From: Anaerolineales bacterium
GTDB taxonomy: Bacteria; Chloroflexota; Anaerolineae; Anaerolineales; UBA4823
Reading direction: 5' to 3'
NCBI GenBank assembly: GCA_016929095.1
Contig: JAFGJM010000033.1
Location: 114,482 to 178,481, forward strand
Length of the DNA stretch: 64,000 nt
In this document: piece by piece, positions 8,362 through 17,639 of the stretch
Numbering within the stretch: position 1 is the first letter of the stretch
How the letters are laid out: every line of letters starts with the position of its first letter
Program-made: the position numbers and the translations under genes
The notes under the pieces: generated by a model
What the model was told of the DNA's origin: nothing
The model's input: the letters and a program-made list of their open reading frames with translations, nothing else
Database searches by the model: none

Positions 8362-11300
8362 TTATTTTGGTTGTGCTTGTACAGATTCTGTGGATGATGC
8401 TAAAACAACACGAAACCCAGTATAGCTATCCCATAATTTTGGGGATACCCTGTGTCTACAATTACATCTGATATTTAAAAGTTCATCTTCGTAAGATCCA
8501 CCACGTACGACTCTCAGCAAATATTTTCCACCTTTAGGGTTTTCGCGGCCATCGGTATGGTTATAAGGGTATTTATAATCTGGTCTGTCACGATATTTCC
8601 CCCAAATACTACTTGTCCACTCCCAAATATTCCCGCTCATGTCTTGTACCCCATATGGGCTAGCACCAGAGGCAAAACAACCTACCGTACTGGTTGTTCG
8701 AATTCCAGTATCTTGAAAATTTGCTCTTCTAGGATCAGGTTCACCGCCCCACGGAAAAATTCGCCCATCTATGCCACGCGCAGCTTTTTCCCATTCGGCT
8801 TCTGATGGAAGTTTTATATGCCAACCTTTCTTAAGTAATGAATGAAGTGCAATAGGAGTATCATTCCACCTCATAAGTTTCTCATTTAACCATTTGCAAT
8901 ATATCATAGCATCGTACCAAGTGACAAATCGAACAGGTCTTGAGAACGAGTCATTAAGAGCTGCTTTATCATGCTTTGAATACCCAGTATCTTGTACAAA
9001 AGAACGAAATTGCGCAACTGTGACAAGGTTACGTGCTATATAGTAATCTTTCAGGTTCAGTTTGTGCTGAGGTTTTTCATAATCGTAGGCACTAAAATCT
9101 TTTTCATTGGTGCCCATTAAGAATTCGCCTTCAGGAACAATTACAAAACCTAAAAGTGGTTCATCTGGCAAGTACCAGGCATCTTCTCTAAACCGTGTAT
9201 CTCCAAGTCGGGCAAGCGTGTCACCCAGAGCAGTTCGGAATATAGGTTCAACTTGGGTTATAGGAACAGATTTTTCAAATATCTGCCTTAGTTTTTGGAC
9301 AAATTGTTTCTTAAACTCGTTTCTAACTGAAACTAGTTCTAATAGTGCACTACCAGCAATTTCTGCAGCAGCTACTTGAATATTTTGTTCAATATTTCTT
9401 TCAGAAGCATTTTCGTCCAATCCAACCAATCTCTTTAGCAGTAATTCAGCAGCATCAGGCGATACGATACTCAGGTAACCAACTAATAGCAGTGTTGGTT
9501 CTCTCCACCAACTTTCAAGAACTGTGCCATTTTCTAAAAAATTGGCAATTCCCTCTACACCAGATTGACTTCGAACAATCTCAGCCAAATATCGACCTGC
9601 TAAAAATTCTTGGAAACTTAAGTGGATAAAACGATAAGAGCCTAAACGTTCTTCTAGCAGGGTACCTCGCGTACGAGTAAGTACGATTAAATCTTCAATC
9701 TTATCCTTATACTCTGGTTTGGCTGCAATAAGTCTTCGGATACCACTTTCGCTTATCTCCCTTCCTTGCTCATTTCCACGCTCATGCATACTGAATGCCA
9801 CGAATTGTGCCAATTCACGGTGAATCTGCAGGCTTCCTCCAACCATTTGTCCGATTCGCTCACTTACCGCTTCATCTGGATTGTATTCAGGTAGCAACAT
9901 TGCATCTGTTGCTTTCATATACAATTCGGCACGTTGTTCAGGTAAATGTCGATCACTATAATGAACCACCAAAAGCAACCGTATTAATAATGGAGTTGTT
10001 ATGAGTGGTTCAATTTCCATCCCTGAACGTATTCTGCGCTCAGATTCTAATTTTTGTATACTGTGAAGTAAATCATTTGCCTTTTGTTGTGCAATAATTT
10101 GGTCTGAAGGAAATAAGCTATTATATGCTTGTGAAACAAGTGCAGCGATTTGGTCATTAGATAGCGGTTTGACTTTTAACTCCCGGAAGAGATTCGAAGG
10201 TAGGGCGGTACGTTCTTTGTACGCAATTGTCCTACAGGTCACTACAGCATGCATAGAGCCCCGTCCAACAATAAGTGTTTCTATTGCTTCGCGTACTAAT
10301 ACCCTTTCTTGTTCATTTGCTACTTCGTCCAAGCCGTCTAGTAATAAAATCACTGTTTGTCCATCCAATATTAGAAGTTCGAAGAAATCGGTCGGTAGAT
10401 TAAAGCTACTTTGTTTTTCAATCAAATAAAATGATATGAATGAAGCCAAAGTCTTCTGGCGTGCTTTGGATATATTTTTCTGACTTCGTAAGTAATCGGC
10501 ATAGGCATTAAGAGGTACATAGATTGGCAACGGAAGTTTCTTTTCAACTTCTAAAACCGTTGTATTTAACTTTAGTTCCTTCAACAAACTTTTTTCCTTT
10601 CCACCTAATTTTTTATAATCTTGCCTTACTTCCTTAAGGGTTAGTTTTAAATCTATGCCGTCTTCGAATAACCTAAATATATTCAGGTCAATTTCACTTA
10701 ACATCGACTTTTGTAAATCTGTTAAATTACGTAAACTAACTTTCAGATCTTCGATTCCTCTCTTGTCTTCTTCATAGATTCTATCTAGGTCTAATCCTAA
10801 TTTTCTAAATGCCAACTGATCGTCCCCCCTTAGGATAGCATTAGCTAATGTACTAGCTATATGTTGTAAAACAGTGGTTTTTCCAGAACCCGGACCGCCT
10901 GTTATGATCAAGCGATTTCCTTCTCCTAGCACTTGATCAAATGATATCTCTTTCTTTTTTTCGTAACTTCCACCTAATAGTGGTACATATACTTTTTCAA
11001 GATCAATTTGAATTACTTGATGTCCTTCACGCTTGATTCCACGTAATTCTATGGATCCATAACGATTACGAACCCAGTTTAAGTAATCGACAATTTGGTA
11101 ATGAAGTTTTCTTTTGTCAAATATTGTTTCTGATTGCTTCAAAAATTGATTGAGGATATAGTAGATATGATTGTTTCTTTCAGTGATTAGAATATTATCT
11201 TTTGCGCCTTCCTCGATCCAGGTCCCCTTTTTTTTAATTTTTACAGAGCTAGAATCTTGAGCAATAATCCCTTTTCCAATTATTTTTGCAATTTGAATAT

Positions 11301-11721
11301 CCGTATTTCCATACTGAGTCAATTCTTCCCTGATAGCACGAGTAAACCAATCTTTCTCGCGTTGATCTAATACGGATTCTGCTGTTGGGATAACGCTCAG
11401 CTGTTCAAGAATTGCATTAATCTCATCACGCAATTCTGGAGTTTCTTCAACCGCATTTTCCAGACTCTTTGCTGTAGTTGCTTCATCGCCTAATTCTTTC
11501 AAGTGTTGAAGTTGATTAGCAAGAAGATTGGTACCGATGACTCCACCGAGTGTCACAAGAGCTGACCAATTGCCCGCCCTGGCAGCTTCCAAGATTGGTA
11601 TTAAGCTAACAGCGCTTAAGAAGTAATATATCGAATTTACTCCTGCATGCTGCATACGCTCTTTCCACCCCCATAACCTTTTATTTACTTCTTGCTTCCA
11701 TTGTGATAAGTTGAAGGCCAT
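8362..11721 (-). CDS. NACHT NTPase with C-terminal FGE-sulfatase (C-type-lectin-fold) domain; candidate defence protein
   Basis: 'VYVPL', Walker A GGPGSGKTT, Walker B LLLDGLDE, VVTCR, 'TPLLI', 'FIHLSFQEFLAG'; C-terminal 'LPSEAEWEKAARG', 'DMSGNIWEW', 'RVVRGGS', 'GFRV'. Confidence 0.9.
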   Translation of the reverse strand: MAFNLSQWKQEVNKRLWGWKERMQHAGVNSIYYFLSAVSLIPILEAARAGNWSALVTLGGVIGTNLLANQLQHLKELGDEATTAKSLENAVEETPELRDEINAILEQLSVIPTAESVLDQREKDWFTRAIREELTQYGNTDIQIAKIIGKGIIAQDSSSVKIKKKGTWIEEGAKDNILITERNNHIYYILNQFLKQSETIFDKRKLHYQIVDYLNWVRNRYGSIELRGIKREGHQVIQIDLEKVYVPLLGGSYEKKKEISFDQVLGEGNRLIITGGPGSGKTTVLQHIASTLANAILRGDDQLAFRKLGLDLDRIYEEDKRGIEDLKVSLRNLTDLQKSMLSEIDLNIFRLFEDGIDLKLTLKEVRQDYKKLGGKEKSLLKELKLNTTVLEVEKKLPLPIYVPLNAYADYLRSQKNISKARQKTLASFISFYLIEKQSSFNLPTDFFELLILDGQTVILLLDGLDEVANEQERVLVREAIETLIVGRGSMHAVVTCRTIAYKERTALPSNLFRELKVKPLSNDQIAALVSQAYNSLFPSDQIIAQQKANDLLHSIQKLESERRIRSGMEIEPLITTPLLIRLLLVVHYSDRHLPEQRAELYMKATDAMLLPEYNPDEAVSERIGQMVGGSLQIHRELAQFVAFSMHERGNEQGREISESGIRRLIAAKPEYKDKIEDLIVLTRTRGTLLEERLGSYRFIHLSFQEFLAGRYLAEIVRSQSGVEGIANFLENGTVLESWWREPTLLLVGYLSIVSPDAAELLLKRLVGLDENASERNIEQNIQVAAAEIAGSALLELVSVRNEFKKQFVQKLRQIFEKSVPITQVEPIFRTALGDTLARLGDTRFREDAWYLPDEPLLGFVIVPEGEFLMGTNEKDFSAYDYEKPQHKLNLKDYYIARNLVTVAQFRSFVQDTGYSKHDKAALNDSFSRPVRFVTWYDAMIYCKWLNEKLMRWNDTPIALHSLLKKGWHIKLPSEAEWEKAARGIDGRIFPWGGEPDPRRANFQDTGIRTTSTVGCFASGASPYGVQDMSGNIWEWTSSIWGKYRDRPDYKYPYNHTDGRENPKGGKYLLRVVRGGSYEDELLNIRCNCRHRVSPKLWDSYTGFRVVLASSTESVQAQPK

Positions 11722-12218
11722 TATTCCCGATATTACTCTCGATCATTAGGTGTTTAAGTAATTCATCCAAATTAGATAATAGGTTTTATTGATATTTCTA
11801 TAAGCGTAGTAATTATTATTCAACTTTCATAGATGGTCAGTCTGAAACAAGATTTCGTAATTAAAATTGAACCTAATCCAGAACTGATCGGTGGATATTC
11901 ACATAAATAAGTTTCATTATGGCTTCTCAACGATTAATTTTATCAAATAAGTATAATACGTTGTTTTTAAAAAGCCCAATAATATGCTAATTTGGGAATG
12001 GCATTGATGATGCAGTAAGGAATCGTTAACCTTGGATCGAAATGATTTTTACAAGTTTAATCTTGGCATTACAGCAGGCACCGAAATGATTAAATTATCG
12101 CAAGAAGGCAACAATAAGATCATTACAGGTAAAATAATGTTGTAGATTTTTACTACCATCACACGTTCACGATTGTTAAAAAAGGAGTTGGCTGCCTAAT
12201 GATAACTATCAGCGCTCG

Positions 12219-13700
12219 TCAGACTAATTTTTCGGCAGGATGCGATTCGTCATCATCAAATAAAAACTTCCAAAAAGATCGCTCAGCAATCTCCTCTTCT
12301 ACTTCTTTACGAGTTCGTGCAAGATGTCGCGAATTTTCGCGTATTTTGTCAGCTATTTCCTTATTCCAACTATCCATACCAAGATCTTCTGTAACAATCT
12401 TATGCTCAACCAGGCGAGGTAATTGATCTTTTTCTGATGGTATGTTGATCAAACGGGACCAGGCTTGGTAATTGGGAAGTATGGAAAGTTGGTTCGCCAT
12501 TTCAGCTTCAACATCGTTATACGGTCGTCGTGGAAGTTCTACTTCTTGATATAGCTTTCCTTCATCAGTTTTCAACTCAGTTTCAATCAGAAAATTCATT
12601 CCCTGGTATTCATAATCTCTATATACAGGTTCAACACGGGTGTCAGCTGATGGCGGGGTGTTGTCAAATTGGCTCGCTAATTCGTAGCTATCTCGAACGG
12701 TTACTCGAAAAACAACCAGATTCCCGACATTTAGAGTAGACCCCTTACTTAGAAGATCCAATTGATCACGGAACTGATGAGCGACGACTACATCTACGGC
12801 ATACTTGCGTGCTTCGCTTTGTAAGATGGAAAAACTTTCGGTTGCAAAATTCTGAAACTCATCTACAATCAGATGGAATGGACGGCGTTCTCCCTTTGGG
12901 ATTGACCGGCGTTGTAGTGCAGCGATCAGCATCAAGTTTACCAGGACCGAGCCCAGAAGCGAGGAGTTCACTTCACCCAGGTCACCTTTGGATAGGTTAA
13001 CAAATAAGATCTTGCCATGATCCATCAATTGTCGCAGATCAATTGTATTTTTCGACTGACCAACGATGTTGCGCATACTGATATCCGTCACAAATGGGCT
13101 GATCTTATTCAATGTAGAACTGGTTAGCTCATAGCGAAGCTTCTCACTCCTTGGGAAAGTCTCCCAGAATTGCTTCAGGATCGGGTCTTCAAGAACTTTT
13201 ACCAGTTTCTCGTGATGTTCTTTTTTGGAGTTTAGTAACTCTATCAGCTCTTTAAAAGTGGTGTCATCGTATTGCATGACTGTGAGGAGCGTATGCCTCA
13301 AAACATGTTCCAGTCTTGGCCCCCAGGAATGCGAGAACAAACGTCCCAAGGTGCCCATGACTGTCGAGACCACCCAACGTACCTGGAATGGATCCTTACG
13401 GTCACAAGACAACAGGTTCAATCCGAATGGTCTTTCGATGTCCATGGGATCAAATAAGATGACATCGTCCACTCTTTCTGGCGGCACTAAACCAAGCATG
13501 TCATCGATCAAATCTCCATGAGGATCGATGACGCAAAGTCCATGCTCCTTATCTTGATGCATATCCTGGTAGATCATGTTTTTCAACAGCGTAGATTTCC
13601 CAGTTCCGGTGGTGCCGATAATGTACGTACCCTGGCGGCGCTCATCTAAAGATAATTCTACATGTGATCCATCGTCAATACTTGTCCCTAACCTTAGCAT
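12219..13700 (-). CDS. VirD4/TraD-like coupling ATPase without transmembrane anchor
   Basis: GTTGTGKST Walker A, VIDPHGDL, LIVDEFQNF Walker B, 'SEARKY..AHQ..QL'; GGAGG before ATG 13700. Confidence 0.85.
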   Translation of the reverse strand: MLRLGTSIDDGSHVELSLDERRQGTYIIGTTGTGKSTLLKNMIYQDMHQDKEHGLCVIDPHGDLIDDMLGLVPPERVDDVILFDPMDIERPFGLNLLSCDRKDPFQVRWVVSTVMGTLGRLFSHSWGPRLEHVLRHTLLTVMQYDDTTFKELIELLNSKKEHHEKLVKVLEDPILKQFWETFPRSEKLRYELTSSTLNKISPFVTDISMRNIVGQSKNTIDLRQLMDHGKILFVNLSKGDLGEVNSSLLGSVLVNLMLIAALQRRSIPKGERRPFHLIVDEFQNFATESFSILQSEARKYAVDVVVAHQFRDQLDLLSKGSTLNVGNLVVFRVTVRDSYELASQFDNTPPSADTRVEPVYRDYEYQGMNFLIETELKTDEGKLYQEVELPRRPYNDVEAEMANQLSILPNYQAWSRLINIPSEKDQLPRLVEHKIVTEDLGMDSWNKEIADKIRENSRHLARTRKEVEEEIAERSFWKFLFDDDESHPAEKLV

Positions 13701-13862
13701 GTCAATCCTCCACGTCGGATATATAAGAATTATAGTCATAGATTGAAAATTGGGGAAATATTTAACAATTAAAAATGGAAATCTCGAGTAAACTTATTTT
13801 AAGTGGTGAGCCTTGTACCTTAATAACTACATTTAAGCTGCCCAAGGAGGAGGTGAATTATT

Positions 13863-14192
13863 ATGGGGGGAACAATACTAGCCGATATCCTGGATGAGCT
13901 TATTGGAATTGTGAAATCTATTCCTGAAGCTTTATGGAAGGATGCATTGTTTAACCAACGATCAAGGTCAATGCAAGATAAATTTAATCTTTGGATAAAA
14001 AGCAAAGATTCATTGAACATCAGCTTGACTGATCAACTTCAATATAAGACTGGAATAAATCAAAAATTATTCCAAGAAAATATTGAAATTAGAAATCTCC
14101 TTACCCAAAAGGATAAAGAGATTTCTCGCTTGAACCAAAAAATAAAATCAAGTGAATATAACTTACATAATAGACATAAAGCCTTTAGGTAA
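13863..14192 (+). CDS. Small protein with amphipathic N-terminal helix and C-terminal coiled coil
   Basis: Strong RBS AAGGAGGAGGTGA; 109-aa ORF. Confidence 0.65.
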   Translation: MGGTILADILDELIGIVKSIPEALWKDALFNQRSRSMQDKFNLWIKSKDSLNISLTDQLQYKTGINQKLFQENIEIRNLLTQKDKEISRLNQKIKSSEYNLHNRHKAFR

Positions 14193-14344
14193 GTAAAAAA
14201 TTAATCATAAGTAGAGTAGTGATAAGTGTTACAAGGCTCCCACTACTCCCATGACATTGTAGGGGTTTTCTATCGAAAAAACAACCTGGCATTTTAACCA
14301 CGACTAACTTTACTATTAAATAACCAAAAAATGGGAAAACCAAA

Positions 14345-15304
14345 ATGGATCTCAAACATATACGACATGCAAACTTAGCCAGTCTTCTTGGGTATTATCT
14401 GGATGGATGGGCGGATTTAATTGAGGGAATGGGTGATAAAGCAGAGGAAGTGGAGAATGCCGTTTTTGATCAGCTCATTCAGCAAAATATGCCAGATGTC
14501 AATGTAACTAAAGTGAGTATGCGAGAAGGATTTTTATCTGGGGAATATCGAGACTATATCAAAACTACTACTTCACCAGGTGCCACCACAACGATATATT
14601 TTTCAAAACACGGAAAAAATTTATATGCTTCCTGGCGTTCTTTTATTTTAGTGATCCCAAATTTAAAGTTGTTACTGATTTATTTACTCATGTCGATCGT
14701 CATAACCATTATTGTGGGATTAATTATTACTGAATCAATCATATTTAAAATCCACCATTTAATCATAAATTCTGTGAATTGGGAAATTTTCAAAGATGCC
14801 ATTGGCAGGTGGGCATTATTTGCGATTCTCGTATTCGGATGTGAATTACTTGTTCTAGTTGTAGCAGGGAGAGTCATTCGTAGACATGAACGCGCTTTTC
14901 TGGCGAAAGGAATTATTATTATCGCTTCGATATTTGCGATTATCATCCCACTTTTTGTAGAAAATATTGGAAAAGAAATAGGGCAGGGTATCAGCTATAT
15001 CTTTAAAACTTATTGGACAGGATTTGGTTTATTGTTGTTTAAACTGATCAATATTCCGCTTTATGCTTTATGGACCATAACAATAATTTTGGTTTTAGCT
15101 GCAATCTTGGGTTTGATTATCAGAAGAAATATCTTCGCTTTCTTTTTGAAGGAGCCTAGTCTATTTGACGCGGAAGATATTTCGGCTATGAATATTTCAG
15201 TCCATAAGGTTATTTTACGTGCGTTAGATTCCCAGGGAATCGATATAACAAAATTACGTATAAAGCGGGATTTTAAAGGTGGGCGACGAGAAGAAAACGT
15301 TTGA
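14345..15304 (+). CDS. Multi-pass membrane protein of unknown function
   Basis: Four hydrophobic segments arranged as two similar pairs (…AGRVIRRHERAFL / …LGLIIRRNIFAFFL). Confidence 0.75.
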   Translation: MDLKHIRHANLASLLGYYLDGWADLIEGMGDKAEEVENAVFDQLIQQNMPDVNVTKVSMREGFLSGEYRDYIKTTTSPGATTTIYFSKHGKNLYASWRSFILVIPNLKLLLIYLLMSIVITIIVGLIITESIIFKIHHLIINSVNWEIFKDAIGRWALFAILVFGCELLVLVVAGRVIRRHERAFLAKGIIIIASIFAIIIPLFVENIGKEIGQGISYIFKTYWTGFGLLLFKLINIPLYALWTITIILVLAAILGLIIRRNIFAFFLKEPSLFDAEDISAMNISVHKVILRALDSQGIDITKLRIKRDFKGGRREENV

Positions 15305-15309
15305 TAAGT

Positions 15310-16251
15310 TTATAAAAGAATATGCGCTAAGTCTCTGATTGCAGATTTGAAATCACAACTTTTCCATTTCATCCAAAAATCTATGATGCTGCCTCCCCCA
15401 CATTCGGCAAAACAGCACCAGTAATTCTCATCTAAATTCACCGCAAAACTTTCATGTTGATCATCATGAAAAGGGCACAAGCCTCGTCCGGTAGGGGAGA
15501 TGTCCACATAGCGGCATACAAAATCATATACGGTAATACTGTCCTTGATACGGCTTGAAAGTGACTCACTGGACTCCTGTATTGGTATAGGAACCGGTTT
15601 CTGATCGAAAGATAGTGGATCATGCATTATCTTTCGAAACGCCCTTTCTGTGACCATACAAGGGTTGGTAAGGATATTAATTTGATCTTCAGTTTTATTG
15701 GCTAAAGCCTTACCATCGGGAGTGATAAAGCCGTATCGCTCACCTGTTTTGCGATGGATACCAAAAGGTAAACGAACTAGAGAACCCGGGCCGGTCTTCA
15801 GTTCGTTTTGTTTGGGAAATAATTCAAGGGTGGAGAAATCAAATTGTTTCAATAAGCGCTTGCCAAACGAGCGAGCTGTTTTGCCTGGGATGGATTTCCA
15901 AAAGAAAATCCACAAATGTCCACCCCGGCGGCTGGTTTCAAGGTAGGAGGGAATATCACGTTGAGATAAGGTGGTGGACATTTGGATCAGACGATCCCAT
16001 GTGGGTTGATCGTCTGCATCGAAAACTATAAACCTTGCCTCACTTTGTTCATTCAGCACATAACACCCCAAAGTGATCTCACCTTTTAGGTGAGAGAGGA
16101 TGTGTGACATGGTTAGGGTTTTCTTAATACAGACATAGCTTCCATCATTCAACTGCAGGGGATACAAATCCCACCGTTGAATAAAGGTGTTTGTCAAAGA
16201 CCTGACACAATTTTCAAGCTCGATTGAATTTAAGAGAACTTCTTTTTGCAT
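15310..16251 (-). CDS. Archaeo-eukaryotic primase domain fused to a CHC2 zinc finger
   Basis: AEP motifs 'FIVFDAD', 'ETSRRGGHLW', 'ELFPKQ', 'VRLPFG'; C-terminal 'CPFHDD...WCCFAECGGGSIIDF'; GGAGG RBS. Confidence 0.85.
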   Translation of the reverse strand: MQKEVLLNSIELENCVRSLTNTFIQRWDLYPLQLNDGSYVCIKKTLTMSHILSHLKGEITLGCYVLNEQSEARFIVFDADDQPTWDRLIQMSTTLSQRDIPSYLETSRRGGHLWIFFWKSIPGKTARSFGKRLLKQFDFSTLELFPKQNELKTGPGSLVRLPFGIHRKTGERYGFITPDGKALANKTEDQINILTNPCMVTERAFRKIMHDPLSFDQKPVPIPIQESSESLSSRIKDSITVYDFVCRYVDISPTGRGLCPFHDDQHESFAVNLDENYWCCFAECGGGSIIDFWMKWKSCDFKSAIRDLAHILL

Positions 16252-16454
16252 GGTAACCCTCCACGCTCACTGTATCAAAACTAAAAGAAGTTGTCTTGTT
16301 TTGAATTAGTATCGAGTAAGATGCAGGAGGAAAATAGTAAAGAAAGAAATGTAGCATGGAAATGAAATGCCTCGTTTCCATGCCTTTATTTACGGATGAG
16401 ATCTGGACAAAGTCGATGGATAGAGCGATTAAAGAGATTGAAAAATATAAATGT

Positions 16455-16915
16455 AGCGCCTTCGGCGCTTTACCTTACGGTCTTGAGGCTGCCGGAGAGG
16501 TCCAGGAGAAACCGGCGGCCGCACGTGTCGGCGTTGAAGACGCCGACTGCCAACGCGATAGCGAATGCCTGAATCCTGCGAAGCAGGTTTCAGGCGAAGC
16601 GTGGCGCCGAGGAGACGGCGAGCGAAGCGACACCGATCAACGAGGGCACCCTGGCTGAAAACCGTTAGGTTGAAGGACAGGGCGCAGCGTTGGCAGTCGG
16701 GGTCGGTCTCGAAAGAGATCGACGCCCGACACGCTGGCTTGGCGATGGGGGGTCTGGCGAAACGGTCTGTTTTGGAGCAAAAAATGCGGAAAAACTGTCC
16801 GTTTAGGGCTGTTTTATAGCCTAAAAGCTATGGCCTCCTTGAGACAAGGCAGAATCTCCTGGCTCAAGGCGAGGGCTCGATGCCCGAAGGCTTGAGAATT
16901 GAGCCTCTGGCTCGC
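16455..16915. other. GC-rich branched hairpin region (candidate single-strand origin / primase assembly site or oriT)
   Basis: 14-bp perfect inverted repeat 16543-56/16687-700; AGCGCC-TTC-GGCGCT; CCTGC-GAA-GCAGG; GTCGGTCTC-GAAA-GAGATCGAC; several GCGAAGC. Confidence 0.6.
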
Positions 16916-17054
16916 ATCTACCCCCAGGCAACTAACCTATACTATTGCATAGGGTTTTGCCTGGGATTTGTCTAATTTCTTTTTACCCATTTATTGGTCA
17001 ATAAAAGTGTTCGAATTGGGTATTTTAGAAATATATAACGGCGAAAGCCGCAAG

Positions 17055-17195
17055 TTATCCACATTAATTCGTGTGAACGAGAACTGTATCTTAGTTTTCT
17101 GCTTTTTAATAACTGCATATTATTTGTGTAAAAATAACAGACATCAAGATGGAAAAGAAATTGACATCTAGATGTAAAATATTTTGACATCAGGA
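17055..17195. other. Putative theta replication origin: DnaA box, AT-rich tract, three iterons
   Basis: TTATCCACA 17055-63; GACATC at 17140, 17163 and 17186 (23-bp period); directly downstream of the wHTH initiator stop. Confidence 0.7.
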
Positions 17196-17200
17196 ATGAT

Positions 17201-17560
17201 TTATTTATGTCTTCTCCAGAACGAGGCTTTGATATTTACGGTATAGATATTTGGACGTCCCTGCCCACGCCTTTGCACACTAATTAACCCTGATTGACGA
17301 AGTTCACTAATATAGGTATTTACACTTTGACGGGTAGTCCCCATATCTTTTGCCAATCGATCTTGCCCAGGGAAACATTCATCCAATTCGCGGGCATATT
17401 TAAGTAACATAGCGTAGGTAAGTTTAGCCCCTACGGAAATTTCTTTGCTTTCTAAGATGAAATTGGGAACACCAGTCCAACCACGTTGAGTGGCTATGTC
17501 TGCCCCCGAAAGGCGCAGATTGCGGTCTTTAAATGCTTGTGTCTCTCCCAAACGTTGCAT
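17201..17560 (-). CDS. Short winged-HTH replication initiator-like protein (HTH_36 type)
   Basis: 'GWTGVPNFIL..ISVGAKLTYAMLLKYA..CFPGQDRLAKDMGTTRQSVNTYISEL..GLI...RRGQGRPNIY'. Confidence 0.8.
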   Translation of the reverse strand: MQRLGETQAFKDRNLRLSGADIATQRGWTGVPNFILESKEISVGAKLTYAMLLKYARELDECFPGQDRLAKDMGTTRQSVNTYISELRQSGLISVQRRGQGRPNIYTVNIKASFWRRHK

Positions 17561-17588
17561 AGATCATGATTAAATTGCGCCTGGAAAT

Positions 17589-17618
17589 ATTATAATTCCC
17601 GATAGATTGTGGTGTCAA
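17589..17618 (-). promoter_or_regulatory. Consensus promoter for the initiator, divergent from the lexA-like pair
   Basis: Minus strand TTGACA(17618-13)-18 bp-TATAAT(17594-89); the ATTATAAT core also gives TATAAT on the plus strand (17591-96). Confidence 0.65.
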
Positions 17619-17639
17619 ATTGAATTGGGAGGCTGGTAA

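Noticed and set aside
8362-8530. FGE/CLec C-terminus as a diversity-generating retroelement target
   Set aside because: No reverse transcriptase and no adenine-variant template repeat seen in the window
11722-12218. 500-bp AT-rich gap upstream of the NACHT gene
   Set aside because: No convincing ORF, repeat or structure found by eye
15310-16251. TOTE conflict system
   Set aside because: Only the AEP primase-type domain resembles it; no associated helicase/TPR/OB genes, and the context is replication
16356-16819. Short + strand ORFs over the GC-rich region
   Set aside because: Better explained by stop-poor palindromic DNA; no protein features
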